A DNA stretch of 64,000 bases from an uncultured Gammaproteobacteria bacterium (GTDB taxonomy: Bacteria > Pseudomonadota > Gammaproteobacteria > QNFE01 > CAZPSE01). The stretch spans positions 81 to 64,080 of the forward strand of contig CAZPSE010000006.1 in NCBI GenBank assembly GCA_964589575.1, written 5' to 3'. Made by a program: the position numbers and the translations under genes. The notes beneath the pieces were generated by a model. It did no database searches and was not told the DNA's origin. It was given only the letters and a program-made list of their open reading frames with translations. Shown piece after piece: positions 21,367 to 32,510 of the stretch (position 1 is the first letter of the stretch; each line of letters opens with the position of its first letter).

Positions 21367-22528
21367 AAGCATTGCTATTTTAGGTGCGACTGGAACAATT
21401 GGCATTAACACCTTAGATGTGGTTAGACAACACCCCCAAAAGTTTACCGTATTTGCATTAACTGCCAACACGAATTATGAAAAACTACTGATTTTAAGTA
21501 AAGAATTTTTACCAAAATATGTTGTGTTAGTCGATGAAAAATCAGCAGAAAAATTTCAACAACGTGCAAAACTGGACGCTTTAGACGTACACGTATTATC
21601 GGGAGCAAAAAGTTTAAGTTGGGTTGTAAAACAGCAAGAAGTCGATATGGTTATGGCCGCGATAGTTGGTGCGGCAGGGTTACTACCTAATTTAGCGGCA
21701 GTTAAAGCCGGTAAAAAAATGCTTTTGGCCAATAAAGAATCACTTGTCATGTCTGGTCAGCTTTTTATGGATTGCGTTAAAGAAAACAATGTGGATTTAT
21801 TGCCCATAGATAGTGAACACAATGCAATATTTCAATGTTTGCCCAATAATCAATATATAAAAGAAAGCATACTAGATGTTTTATTAACGGCATCTGGCGG
21901 GCCATTTTTAACTACCGACATTAATAGTTTTGATAAAATAACTCCAGAACAAGCCGTCGCTCACCCTAATTGGGTTATGGGCAAAAAAATATCGGTAGAT
22001 TCTGCAACCATGATGAATAAAGGCTTAGAAGTAATAGAAGCTTGTTGGTTGTTTGACATAACCGAAGATAAAATTAATGTTGTAATACACCCAGAAAGTA
22101 TTGTCCATTCTATGGTTCGTTATAAAGATGGCTCTGTTTTAGCTCAATTGGGTAACCCCGATATGCGTACACCCATTGCTTACTCTATGGCTTGGCCAAA
22201 GCGTATAGAGTCTGGTGTTGAACCATTGGATATATTTAAGGTCGGACAACTAAATTTTACAAAACCCGATTTATCAAGGTTTCCGTGTTTAAAAATTGCA
22301 CAAAATGTCGCCAATAAAAAGGGGACTTGTTCTGCCATTATGAATGCCGCAAACGAAGTTGCTGTAGACGCTTTTTTAAATAAACAAATTAGGTACACCG
22401 ACATCGCGAAAATTATTGAAGCCACATTAGAAAAAACACCTAATTTAACCGCAACAAAAATAGAAAATATTTTAAAAAGTGATAAAGAAGCAAGGATGAA
22501 TAGTTTAGAGGTTATTGCCTCTTTATGA
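21359..22528 (+). CDS. dxr: 1-deoxy-D-xylulose 5-phosphate reductoisomerase
   Basis: ILGATGTIG NADPH motif, 389 aa. Confidence 0.9.
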   Translation: MSKSIAILGATGTIGINTLDVVRQHPQKFTVFALTANTNYEKLLILSKEFLPKYVVLVDEKSAEKFQQRAKLDALDVHVLSGAKSLSWVVKQQEVDMVMAAIVGAAGLLPNLAAVKAGKKMLLANKESLVMSGQLFMDCVKENNVDLLPIDSEHNAIFQCLPNNQYIKESILDVLLTASGGPFLTTDINSFDKITPEQAVAHPNWVMGKKISVDSATMMNKGLEVIEACWLFDITEDKINVVIHPESIVHSMVRYKDGSVLAQLGNPDMRTPIAYSMAWPKRIESGVEPLDIFKVGQLNFTKPDLSRFPCLKIAQNVANKKGTCSAIMNAANEVAVDAFLNKQIRYTDIAKIIEATLEKTPNLTATKIENILKSDKEARMNSLEVIASL

Positions 22529-23892
22529 CTTCATTACTTATTACTATCTTTGCCTTTATTTTTGCTTTATCAATATTAATTGCGATTCACGAATACGGGC
22601 ATTACATCGTTGCGCGATTATGTGGTGTTAAAGTATTACGCTTTTCAATAGGTTTTGGCAAAGTTTTATACAGTTATCAAAAAGATAAAAACAGTACAGA
22701 GTTTGTATTGGCTGCCATACCGTTAGGTGGCTACGTAAAAATGCTCGATGAACGCGAAGGTGAAGTTCTTGAGCATGAAAAGCAAAACGCATTTAATGTA
22801 AAAAGTGTTGGGCAACGTTTTGCAATAGTCGCTGCAGGGCCTGTTTTTAACTTTATTTTAGCAATATTGCTATTATGGGTTATGTATATTCATGGTATTT
22901 CTGGCATTAGCCCAATAATTGGCGAGGTACAGCAAAATTCTATTGCCTCTAAAGCGGCATTAAATATTGAAGACGAGTTTGTTTCAATAAATGGAAAAAC
23001 CGTACAAACCTGGTCAAATGTCCAAATGGCGCTATTAAATGGGTCTTTAGCAAACGATGGTTTGGTAAAGGTAACCGTAAAAAACAGCAATAACCAGTTA
23101 GAACAAAAAACGTTAGATTTTTCGAATACCTTTTTACTTAAAGAAGAAGGGGATATTTTGCCAAAAATTGGTTTAAAGTTGTGGTTCCCCAAAATACCAC
23201 CTATCATTGGAGGCGTTATTGATGGTGGGGCGGCAAAACAAGCGGGTTTAATTGCTGGTGATAAGTTATTAACAGTAGATGGTAAAAAAATTGAAACTTG
23301 GCAAGATTGGGTTAAAATAATACGAGCCAATCCAAATCAACATTTACGTTTAGAAGTGTTAAGAAATAATTATTTAATCCATTTAAGTTTGACTCCAAAA
23401 AACAAACAAGAAAATGGTGAATCTTTTGGTTATATCGGTGCTTATCAAGAAAGGCCTAAAGAGCTTATAGACCGTTTTTATACGATTGAGTCGTACGGTA
23501 TTTTTGAATCATTCACTAAAGCGGTAGATAAAACATGGTCTATGTCTGTATTGACGGTAAAGCTGATTGGTAAACTAATAACAGGTGATGCCACTTTAAA
23601 AAATATTAGCGGGCCAATAACGATTGCACAATTTGCGGGTCAATCTGCACAAATAGGCTTAGACCATTATTTGTTTTTTATGGCATTAATAAGTTTAAGT
23701 TTGGGGGTTTTAAATTTATTACCTATACCCGTATTAGATGGTGGCCATTTATTTTTCTATATAATAGAAGCCATCAAAGGTAGCCCTGTTTCTGACAAAA
23801 TACAATTAGTAAGCCAAAATATTGGCCTGGCAATTTTAGGTAGCATGATGGTTATTGCTTTTTATAATGATATTACGAGATTAATGCAATAA
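22525..23892 (+). CDS. rseP: Regulated intramembrane protease RseP (S2P zinc metalloprotease)
   Basis: HEYGH motif, PDZ region and C-terminal LDGG motif. Confidence 0.88.
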   Translation: MTSLLITIFAFIFALSILIAIHEYGHYIVARLCGVKVLRFSIGFGKVLYSYQKDKNSTEFVLAAIPLGGYVKMLDEREGEVLEHEKQNAFNVKSVGQRFAIVAAGPVFNFILAILLLWVMYIHGISGISPIIGEVQQNSIASKAALNIEDEFVSINGKTVQTWSNVQMALLNGSLANDGLVKVTVKNSNNQLEQKTLDFSNTFLLKEEGDILPKIGLKLWFPKIPPIIGGVIDGGAAKQAGLIAGDKLLTVDGKKIETWQDWVKIIRANPNQHLRLEVLRNNYLIHLSLTPKNKQENGESFGYIGAYQERPKELIDRFYTIESYGIFESFTKAVDKTWSMSVLTVKLIGKLITGDATLKNISGPITIAQFAGQSAQIGLDHYLFFMALISLSLGVLNLLPIPVLDGGHLFFYIIEAIKGSPVSDKIQLVSQNIGLAILGSMMVIAFYNDITRLMQ

Positions 23893-26166
23893 ATGATTAA
23901 AATAATATCGTTACTTTTGGTTTTATTACCCGCAAGTGTTTCTGCAGACAGCTATTTCCATATAGATAATATTAAAATTGAAGGTGCTACTAGAATTTCT
24001 AAAGAGGCACTTTTAAGTTATTTACCTTTAAAAAATGGTCGGTTGGATATGTCAGACTCGGCTTATGTGATTAAACAACTATTTAAAGAAAATGTTTATA
24101 AAGACATACAGCTTTTTGCAGATGGCGATAACTTATTAATAAAAGTTGTAGAAAGACCGTCGATAGACAGTATTTCATTTGACGGCAATAAAAAACTTGA
24201 AGACAAACAACTAGAAAGCATTTTAAATGATGCAAATATTAAAAAAGGAAGAACGTTTAACCGTTCAATATTAAGCAGGATAGAAACGGAATTAAGAAAG
24301 TTTTACGTAAGTTTTGGTAAATACAGTGTTCAAATTGACACAGAACTGGTCAAATTAAAACGAAACAGGGTGGCATTAAAAGTAAAAATATTTGAAGGCA
24401 ATGTTTCAAAAATTCAACAAATTAATATAATTGGAAACACCGTTTTTAGTGATGACAAATTATTATCGTTAATGGAACTGGGTATTGTGTCTGAAATAAA
24501 TCCCTTTAGTAGCGCAGATGAATACTCAAAAGCAAAACTGTCGGGTGATATTGAGATTCTTAAAACCTATTATTTAGACAGAGGCTACCTTCGTTTTGCC
24601 ATTAAATCGACTCAAGTAAAATTATCGCCAGACAAAGAAAATGTATTTATAAGTATACATTTATCAGAAGGAGAACAGTACAGCGTTAGTGAAGTCGATA
24701 TTAAAGGCGATTTTAAATTAGAAAAATCCATTTTATTTGATAAATTAACGATCAAAAGTAACAGCGTTTTTTCTCGTAAAAAGATGATAAATTCATCTAA
24801 AAACATTAAAGATAGGTTAGGTGATGACGGTTATGCTTTTGCTACGGTTAGCCCAATACCCGAAATAAATGAAGAAAACAAATCCGTTAAATTAACGTAT
24901 TTAGTTAACGCAAAAGATAGGGTTTATGTAAGAAGAATTAATATACAAGGTAACACTAAAACCCACGATGAAGTATTTCGTCGTGAATTTAGACAACTAG
25001 AAAGTGCCTTATTATCACCTCGATTATTAGACCGGTCAAAAATCAGAATACAACGTTTAAGTTATGTTGCTTCTGTAAATAATGAAATTACCCGCGTACC
25101 CAATTTAACCGATCAGGTTGATATAACAACAAGTATCGTTGAAAGGGAGTCAGGCTCGTTTTCTATTGGTGGTGGTTTTTCTAATAATGAAGGTCTATTA
25201 TTTAACCTAAGTTTTGCACAGTCTAATATATTAGGTACAGGTAAAAATATAGGAATTAATTTTGATAATAGCTCCGTCAATAAAAAGTTGTCGCTGACAC
25301 TAATTAATCCATATTACACACTTGATGGTATTAGTCGGTCTTTAAGTGTTTATTTTTCTGAGGTTGATGCCAGTAGAATATCTACTACTGCAGATTATTT
25401 GACCAATAATACGGGGGGTTCAATAAGTTATGGAATACCACGAAGCGAAACTGAAACACTCAATCTAGCTATTGGCATTGATCAAACGCGTATTTCTACA
25501 ACAACAAAAACACCGACGTCTATAAGCGATTTTTTAGCAGTTAAGGGAAAAGATTTTGATGAGATAAAGCTTTCTGCAAGTTATGTGAACGATACCCGAA
25601 ATAGAACAGTATTTGCATCAACAGGTTCTAAGCATAGCCTATCGTTAGAAATGTCGGTACCAGGAAGTACCTTAGAATATTACAAATCAACGTATAGATT
25701 AGAATATAATAAAGCACTGACGGATTTAACTACGTTAGTATTTAGAAGCAATATTTCGTACGGTCACTCTTATTCGTCTGACGAGTCATTAGCCTTTTTT
25801 AAGCGTTATTATGCTGGTGGTGTGCACTCGATTAGAGGATACAGGTTTGCAGGTGTTGGGGTTAAAGATACAGATGGGCGTGCTTTAGGCGGTGATTTAC
25901 TTACTACTGGTTCGTTAGAAATAGTCATTCCTCCCTTTGATTCTGACTTATCATCGTCGGTACGTTATAGTTTATTTAGTGATTTTGGTACGGTCTTTAG
26001 TAAAGCTAGCGATGCCAATATAAGTGATATACGCTACTCAGTAGGTGCCGCTTTTAAATGGTTGTCACCTGTTGGGCCTTTAAATTTTAGCATTACCAAT
26101 GCGGTCAATGCAGACAGTACAGATTTTACCGAGTCATTTCAGTTTTTTATTGGCGGTCAATTTTAA
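23893..26166 (+). CDS. bamA: Outer membrane protein assembly factor BamA
   Basis: 757 aa with signal peptide, POTRA repeats and a C-terminal beta-barrel ending in ...FFIGGQF. Confidence 0.9.
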   Translation: MIKIISLLLVLLPASVSADSYFHIDNIKIEGATRISKEALLSYLPLKNGRLDMSDSAYVIKQLFKENVYKDIQLFADGDNLLIKVVERPSIDSISFDGNKKLEDKQLESILNDANIKKGRTFNRSILSRIETELRKFYVSFGKYSVQIDTELVKLKRNRVALKVKIFEGNVSKIQQINIIGNTVFSDDKLLSLMELGIVSEINPFSSADEYSKAKLSGDIEILKTYYLDRGYLRFAIKSTQVKLSPDKENVFISIHLSEGEQYSVSEVDIKGDFKLEKSILFDKLTIKSNSVFSRKKMINSSKNIKDRLGDDGYAFATVSPIPEINEENKSVKLTYLVNAKDRVYVRRINIQGNTKTHDEVFRREFRQLESALLSPRLLDRSKIRIQRLSYVASVNNEITRVPNLTDQVDITTSIVERESGSFSIGGGFSNNEGLLFNLSFAQSNILGTGKNIGINFDNSSVNKKLSLTLINPYYTLDGISRSLSVYFSEVDASRISTTADYLTNNTGGSISYGIPRSETETLNLAIGIDQTRISTTTKTPTSISDFLAVKGKDFDEIKLSASYVNDTRNRTVFASTGSKHSLSLEMSVPGSTLEYYKSTYRLEYNKALTDLTTLVFRSNISYGHSYSSDESLAFFKRYYAGGVHSIRGYRFAGVGVKDTDGRALGGDLLTTGSLEIVIPPFDSDLSSSVRYSLFSDFGTVFSKASDANISDIRYSVGAAFKWLSPVGPLNFSITNAVNADSTDFTESFQFFIGGQF

Positions 26167-26190
26167 CAAAGGAAACATCGTTTAAAAATC

Positions 26191-26721
26191 ATGATAAACA
26201 TTAAAAAAACAATATTAATCATTACTTTAGTTTTAGTAAGTAATGTAACGGCTGCCGAATTGAAAATTGGCTATATTAATTTTCCTGCAGTTTTAGAAGC
26301 ATCACCTCAAGCTAAATTAGCAACTAAAACTCTGCTTGATAAGTTTACGCCTCGCCAAAAATCCATCGCTTTAGATGCAGAACGTTATCACTCATTAGTC
26401 ACTAAGTTAGAAAAAGATTCGTTAATTTTAAGCACCGAGCAATTAGCCGTTACAAAATCAGAAATTTTAAAACTAGAAAGAAAACTCAAGCGAGATGAAC
26501 AAGAATTTAGAGAAGAGCTCAATGTACAAAAAAATAGTGAATTAAAGAAAACTAGAGATCTTATCCTAAAAGCTATTCACGTATATGCAGAAGAAAATGC
26601 CTACGATTTAATTCTTGCAGAAGGTGCTTTATACGCAAGCAACAAAGTTAATATAAGTGCAAAAATATTAGAAGTTTTAAACAATAAAAACAATTCAAAG
26701 ACCGAACAAGTAGAAAAGTAA
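26191..26721 (+). CDS. skp: Periplasmic chaperone Skp (OmpH)
   Basis: 176 aa with a signal peptide and coiled-coil sequence. Its position between bamA and lpxD supports the call. Confidence 0.8.
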   Translation: MINIKKTILIITLVLVSNVTAAELKIGYINFPAVLEASPQAKLATKTLLDKFTPRQKSIALDAERYHSLVTKLEKDSLILSTEQLAVTKSEILKLERKLKRDEQEFREELNVQKNSELKKTRDLILKAIHVYAEENAYDLILAEGALYASNKVNISAKILEVLNNKNNSKTEQVEK

Positions 26722-27685
26722 TGAAATTAGTTGATATTGCCAATCAGCTAAACTTGTCATTTAAAGGAGATTCAGATACCTGTATTACTCAGTTTTACAG
26801 TAAAGAATGCCCATTAAAAAATTCAATAAAATATTTAGGAAATAAAGCGAGTTATAAAGGCTTAAGCAATTCGTACATTTCTGCTGTTATTATTTCTGTT
26901 GAAAATGCAAAAAATTACAATGGCAATTGTTTGATAGATAATAATCATTATTTAGCTTTTTCTAACATAAGCCGTTTACTATCCCCTGATCAAATCCCCG
27001 CTTACTCCATTCATTCTACCGCATACGTTTTTACTAAGGCTAAACTTGGTAATAATGTTAGCATTGGGCCGCAGTGTGTTATTGAAGACAATGTAGAAAT
27101 TGGCGATAACTCAATTTTAGGTGCTGCCTGCATTATTGCTAATGACGTAAAAATAGGCGAAGGTACCTATTTTTTTCCTAAAGTGACGGTTTATCAACAC
27201 TGCACTATAGGAAACAATGTTCGTATTCAATCTGGTGCAATTATAGGCAGTGAAGGTTTTGGTTATGCAAGACAAGACAACCCAACGGCTGGAGTAGAAT
27301 TGCACATACAGGAAAGGTCATTATTGGCAATGATGTGCAGATTGGTGCAAACACAACTATTGATAGAGGCACAATTGACGATACGGTAATTGAGGATGGG
27401 GTTATTTTAGATAACTTAATTCAAATTGCTCATAATGTACATATAGGTAAAAATAGCGCTTTAGCTGGCTGTGTAGGTGTTGCTGGAAGTGCAACAATAG
27501 GAGAAAACTGTACAATTGGTGGCGGTGCTGGTGTTTTAGGGTATTTAACTATTGCAGAAGATGTTCATATAACCTTTATGTCATTAGTCACAAAATCAAT
27601 AAAAAATGCTGGACAATATTCATCTGGTGGTTTATTGGAAAAGACATCGAGTTGGAGAAAAATGCAATACGATTTAAACAGTTAA
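26721..27685 (+). pseudogene. lpxD: UDP-3-O-acylglucosamine N-acyltransferase LpxD, interrupted by a 1-nt deletion (frameshift at about 27279-27289)
   Basis: ORF 26721..27389 matches LpxD up to GFGYARQDN. The conserved continuation [29 protein letters not shown] is in the +2 frame and leads into ORF 27335..27685. Adding one nucleotide in ccaac/ccc restores a 321-aa LpxD. Confidence 0.8.
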
Positions 27686-27724
27686 ATGAACTGTTTAAAA
27701 AAATAAAAATTAATAGGTAAAATT

Positions 27725-28174
27725 ATGAACGAAATGAATATTCATGAAGTATTAAAGTATTTACCCCATCGTTACCCTTTTTTATTAATAGACAGAGTTA
27801 TCGACTTTGAAAAAGGGAAGTCAATAACCGCCATTAAAAATGTTACTATTAATGAACCAATCTTTACTGGTCATTTTCCAGATTACCCAATTTTCCCTGG
27901 CGTTTTAATAATTGAAGCAATGGCGCAAGCGTCTGCCATATTGGGCTTTCAAACTGGCGGTGGCGTACCTTTAGACGATGCTTTGTATTTATTTGTAGGT
28001 ATAGATAAAGCCAGATTTAAACGTCAAGTTACGCCCGGTGATCAAATTGTATTTACAGTAGAGGTGGTTAATAATAAGCGCGGAATATGGAAATTTAAAG
28101 CAGTAGCAAAAGTTGACGATATAATCGTCTGTGTTGCAGACATTATGTGTGCCATTAGGGAAAAGACATTATGA
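27725..28174 (+). CDS. fabZ: 3-hydroxyacyl-ACP dehydratase FabZ
   Basis: 149 aa, [13 protein letters not shown] hotdog motif. Confidence 0.95.
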   Translation: MNEMNIHEVLKYLPHRYPFLLIDRVIDFEKGKSITAIKNVTINEPIFTGHFPDYPIFPGVLIIEAMAQASAILGFQTGGGVPLDDALYLFVGIDKARFKRQVTPGDQIVFTVEVVNNKRGIWKFKAVAKVDDIIVCVADIMCAIREKTL

Positions 28175-28941
28175 TTCATGCTACCGCCATTATTGATGAA
28201 TCGGCCATTATTGCGGACGATGTAGAAATAGGTGCTTATACAATAATTGGTGAAAAGGTGGAAATTGGTTCAGGCTGTTGGATAGGGCCTCATGTGGTTT
28301 TATCTGGCCCGACTAAAATGGGTGAAAACAATAAAATTTATCAATTTGCGTCAATTGGTGACGCACCTCAAGATTTAAAATATGATGGCGAAGATACCGT
28401 TTTAGAAATTGGTAACAACAATACAATAAGGGAATATTGCACCATGAACAGAGGTACGCCAGATGGCGGTGGTATTACCAAAGTAGGTAATGATAATTTG
28501 TTTATGGCATACACTCATATCGCACATGATTGCCAAATAGGCAACCACACAATATTTTCTAATGCAGCGTCTTTAGCTGGGCATGTAGTCATTAATGATT
28601 ATGTAATTTTAGGTGGGTTCACTTTAGTCCATCAATTTACTAAAATTGGAGCGTATAGTTTTTCTGGCATGGGTGCGGCGATTAATCGAGATGTACCACC
28701 TTATTGTATTGTTTCAGGCAGCATGGCAAAAGCTTTTGGAATAAATAAAGTTGGGCTAAAACGACACGGTTTTTCTGCAGAAACCATTAAAAGCTTACAC
28801 AAAGCATTTAAGTTGCTAATTAAATCAAAAGGATCAAGAAAAGATAATATTGAGCAAGTAAAACAAATAGCAAAAGAGTCGGATGAAGTACAAAATATGC
28901 TAACGTTTATTACCGAAAGCGAACGTGGCATTGTCCGTTAA
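28171..28941 (+). CDS. lpxA: UDP-N-acetylglucosamine acyltransferase LpxA
   Basis: MIHATAIID start, left-handed beta-helix hexapeptide repeats, 256 aa. Confidence 0.95.
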   Translation: MIHATAIIDESAIIADDVEIGAYTIIGEKVEIGSGCWIGPHVVLSGPTKMGENNKIYQFASIGDAPQDLKYDGEDTVLEIGNNNTIREYCTMNRGTPDGGGITKVGNDNLFMAYTHIAHDCQIGNHTIFSNAASLAGHVVINDYVILGGFTLVHQFTKIGAYSFSGMGAAINRDVPPYCIVSGSMAKAFGINKVGLKRHGFSAETIKSLHKAFKLLIKSKGSRKDNIEQVKQIAKESDEVQNMLTFITESERGIVR

Positions 28942-28952
28942 AATTAATGATT

Positions 28953-29600
28953 CTAGGTGCTTTCTTTTTGCTCTTTTAATAGGTAATAAGACAGTGTTTT
29001 TGATACAAAATAAACACTAAAAAAGGCAAATATAACGTCACTCAAAAAATGTCCACCTTGAGCTATTCTACCTTAGCCTATAACGCTTCCAGTAAAAACC
29101 CCCGCAAATAATAATGATTTTTTTCTAGTTTTACTAAACCAATATAAATTGATAAAGAAAAAACCCATTGACGCATATCCACTAACAAAATAATAACCGG
29201 TTTTTTTATTATTGCTTATAACAAAAGCTGGGCTATGTTTTTCAGTCCCACCAAATTCTTCAATATGCAAAGGTCTGGCTTTATTCCAATTTTTTTTAGA
29301 ACAACGTTAACTAATAAACCTGGGGCAATAAACAAAACGTTTGCGATTGTTTTTAATAAACTGGGGCAGTTTACTCACATAACTTGCCAAAATAAAAACG
29401 CCAGTTAATACAAGGCAGAGCTTGGCAAGAATAGGAACTAAATCATATAAAAAATTTGTCCACAGCATATCGCCATATTTAAACCCTTGCTCAGGAGTGT
29501 AAAAAAATTGGCTAAAAGCAATATCAATTTTAGGAAATAGAAAAAATATGAACCCTAAAAGTACCAGAGCAATTAAGTCGTAATAAGGTTTTAGTCGCAA
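28953..29600 (-). pseudogene. PAP2-family (acid phosphatase / lipid phosphatase) gene with two in-frame TAA stops and degenerate catalytic motifs
   Basis: A single minus-strand reading frame reads ...FIS-TAA(29307-29309)-RCSKKNWNKARP (the KX6RP motif) ... VSGYAS (PSGH with His replaced by Tyr) ... VIG-TAA(29073-29075)-GRIAQGGHFLSDV (SRX5HX3D with Ser replaced by Gly) ... stop at 28953. The frame is preserved but it carries two nonsense codons. Confidence 0.6.
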
Positions 29601-30442
29601 TTTTCACAAGCCGTTAAAGTGTTTTTCATCAACATAGCTACGGTCATCGGTCCAACGCCACCGGGTACGGGGGTAATCCAACTGGCCACTTTGCGCGCAC
29701 CTTCAAACTCTACATCGCCACATAACTTACCATTGTCTAAGCGGTTAATGCCAACATCTATTACTGTTGCGCCATCTTTTATCCATTGTGCTTTTACAAA
29801 ATTAGCTTTTCCTACGGCTACCACCACAATGTCTGCATGTTTTACAAGTTCTGCAGTATTGGTGGTAAAACGGTGGCAAATAGTCGTGGTGGCACCGGCT
29901 AAAATCAATTCTAACATCATTGGTCTGCCAACTATGTTGGACGCACCAACAACAACTGCACTACGCCCTTTATAAACCTCGCCTATAGTGTCTAGCATAT
30001 GTATTATGCCAAAAGGCGTACACGGTCTTAAAAGTGGCATTCTTTGGGCTAATCTACCAATATTATAGGGATGAAAGCCATCTACGTCTTTTTTTGGGTC
30101 AATAGCTTCAATAATTTGTTCACTATTTATATGCTTGGGTAGCGGTAATTGAACTAAAATTCCATGAATTTTTGGGTCGTTATTTAGCTTCTCTATTATT
30201 GCCAAAACATCAGCTTCTTCTGCTGTATCTTTTAAATGTATTGGCGTTGAGATAATGCCAACTTTTTCACAGGCAATTTTTTTATTGTTAACATAAATTT
30301 CAGATGCTGGATTTTGACCGACTAAAATAACGGCCAGCCCAGGTGTGCTTTTTTTTTCAGCTTTTCGCTTGGTTATAGCTAATTTTATGACATCTTTTAC
30401 ATTTTGAGCAATGGCTTTACCATCAATAATTTTTGCGGTCAT
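29591..30442 (-). CDS. folD: Bifunctional methylenetetrahydrofolate dehydrogenase/cyclohydrolase FolD
   Basis: Conserved start [12 protein letters not shown]. The ORF extends upstream to 30589, but the FolD-homologous start is at about 30442. Confidence 0.9.
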   Translation of the reverse strand: MTAKIIDGKAIAQNVKDVIKLAITKRKAEKKSTPGLAVILVGQNPASEIYVNNKKIACEKVGIISTPIHLKDTAEEADVLAIIEKLNNDPKIHGILVQLPLPKHINSEQIIEAIDPKKDVDGFHPYNIGRLAQRMPLLRPCTPFGIIHMLDTIGEVYKGRSAVVVGASNIVGRPMMLELILAGATTTICHRFTTNTAELVKHADIVVVAVGKANFVKAQWIKDGATVIDVGINRLDNGKLCGDVEFEGARKVASWITPVPGGVGPMTVAMLMKNTLTACENCD

Positions 30443-30600
30443 AGTCTGAATTAGAAGATAAAAAGAATTTTTTTCATATTTTATAGGGGCTTGCAGTGTA
30501 TGAATAGTTTTTTTGAACTGATTAAAAGCAAGGGTGTCCACGCATAATGCTCTTGCAATTGTGTGTACCCACATCCTTGTAGGCAACAAAAACGCCTGTT

Positions 30601-31071
30601 TTAAGCGCGTTGTTTTTCTTTAATTTCATCTAAACTTTTACATTCAATACATAAATCTGCAGTAGGGCGGGCCTCTAAACGACGAACGCCAATTTCTATT
30701 CCGCAAGACTCACAAAAACCATAGTCATCGTCTTCAATTAAACGAATGGTTTTATCTATTTTTTTAAGCAGTTTGCGTTCTCTGTCACGGGTACGCAGTT
30801 CTAAAGAAAACTCTTCTTCTTGCGTTGCTCTGTCGTTAGGGTCAGGGAAACTGCTTGCATCATCTTTCATATGCTCCATAGTTTTATCAACATCTTGCAT
30901 TAACGACGCTTTCCAAGAAACTAAAATAGAAGTGAAGTGATTTAACATGTCACCGCTCATGTATTCTTCGCTCTTTTTTTGAGTATACGGCTCGAAACTA
31001 AATCCTTGTAAGTTGGTTTTTTTATCTGGCATTATCATTCTCAATTTTTTTTGCAAGAGCTTTAATATCAA
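30601..31071 (-). CDS. dksA: RNA polymerase-binding transcription factor DksA
   Basis: C4 zinc finger [26 protein letters not shown], with acidic coiled-coil tip DxxDxA-like residues. Confidence 0.9.
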   Translation of the reverse strand: MILKLLQKKLRMIMPDKKTNLQGFSFEPYTQKKSEEYMSGDMLNHFTSILVSWKASLMQDVDKTMEHMKDDASSFPDPNDRATQEEEFSLELRTRDRERKLLKKIDKTIRLIEDDDYGFCESCGIEIGVRRLEARPTADLCIECKSLDEIKEKQRA

Positions 31072-31104
31072 AAATGAAAGCGTAATGCAAACTATTTATT
31101 AACT

Positions 31105-32436
31105 TTATTGTTTTACTTCATTAATGTTTGATATTAAATATCCATCATAAAGTATTGTTTTTATAGTGGTATTTGTACAAACTTGTGAAATACTGCTCAC
31201 TATTTCACCATTACTATTTTGGGTGATAGTATACCCTCTATTTAGTGTAGCTTTTGGGTCTAAGGTTGCTAATTTGTCTTTTAAAAAATCTAATTTATTA
31301 CGTTTTTGTTTAATAAAAGCGTTGACGGCTTTAGTTTTGTTTACATTAGATAAAAGCGAAATACTTTTATAAGAATAAACTTTAACAAGTGGCGAAAAAT
31401 GTCGAAGTAATCGTACAGTTTGAAGTGTCGCTATTTTTTTACTTGATATTAAACGCACAATACTGGTAATTAATTTTGCAGATAAGTCATCGCAGAGTTG
31501 TTGATTATTTTGTATGTTTTTTTGCGGACATAAAGAATTTAACTTAAGTAAGTTTGTTTTTAGCCGGTTAGTTTTATATAAAAACAGCTGTTCACAATTT
31601 TTATATAAATAAGTGTTCAGTTGTTTTAATTTAGATGTTATTTCTGGGAAATGTTTGGTGGTAATTTCAGCCGCTGCAGAAGGTGTTGGTGCGACGGCAT
31701 CTGATACAAACTCGGCTAAGGTATTGTCTGTTTCATGGCCTATACCGCATACAATAGGTATAACCGACTGGTAAATAGCAGATAAAACAGCTTCATCGTT
31801 AAAAGACCATAAGTCTTCTATAGAGCCGCCGCCTCTAACCAATAAACACACATCTTCTTTGTTTCTTTTGTTCATGTTGACAATTGCCTGACAAATGGAC
31901 GTGCAAGACTGGGCACCTTGAACAACAGCAGGGTAAATAACAATGTTAATAGAGGGCGCGCGCCGTTTTAAAACATTTAATACATCTTGTAAGGCCGCAC
32001 CTGTGGCAGAGGTTATAATAGCGATGTTTTTTGGGTAGTTGGGTAGTGCTTTTTTCTTGTCTAAATAACACCAGCCTTTAAGACGGATTTTTTGTTTAAG
32101 TTTTTCAAGTTTGAGTAATAAGTCGCCCAAACCTGCAGGTTCTATAAAATCTACAACCAGCTGCAGTTCGCCTCGGGGTTCATACAAAGATGGCATAGCC
32201 CTTACAACAACCTTGTCGCCATTTTTTGGTGTACTGTTTAAATATCGACTGGTCGATTTAAACATGACGCATCTAATTTGGGATTTTTTATCTTTTAATG
32301 TGAAGTAGTAATGACCTGAAGCAGGTTTTACAAAATTAGAAATTTCTCCATCAACCTTAATAATACCTAAATTAGCGGCAATTAAGCCTTGTAGAGTATG
32401 GTTTAACTCAGAAATAGAAAATATTTTTTGCATCAA
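31105..32436 (-). CDS. xseA: Exodeoxyribonuclease VII large subunit
   Basis: 443 aa with an OB-fold N-terminus and collinear with XseA. Confidence 0.88.
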   Translation of the reverse strand: MMQKIFSISELNHTLQGLIAANLGIIKVDGEISNFVKPASGHYYFTLKDKKSQIRCVMFKSTSRYLNSTPKNGDKVVVRAMPSLYEPRGELQLVVDFIEPAGLGDLLLKLEKLKQKIRLKGWCYLDKKKALPNYPKNIAIITSATGAALQDVLNVLKRRAPSINIVIYPAVVQGAQSCTSICQAIVNMNKRNKEDVCLLVRGGGSIEDLWSFNDEAVLSAIYQSVIPIVCGIGHETDNTLAEFVSDAVAPTPSAAAEITTKHFPEITSKLKQLNTYLYKNCEQLFLYKTNRLKTNLLKLNSLCPQKNIQNNQQLCDDLSAKLITSIVRLISSKKIATLQTVRLLRHFSPLVKVYSYKSISLLSNVNKTKAVNAFIKQKRNKLDFLKDKLATLDPKATLNRGYTITQNSNGEIVSSISQVCTNTTIKTILYDGYLISNINEVKQ

Positions 32437-32510
32437 ATATAGTAAGGAAGTACAGCTGTAAAGAAGTGGGGATGATACTAACAGGTCACCATGTGACCTG
32501 TATTAAAAAA

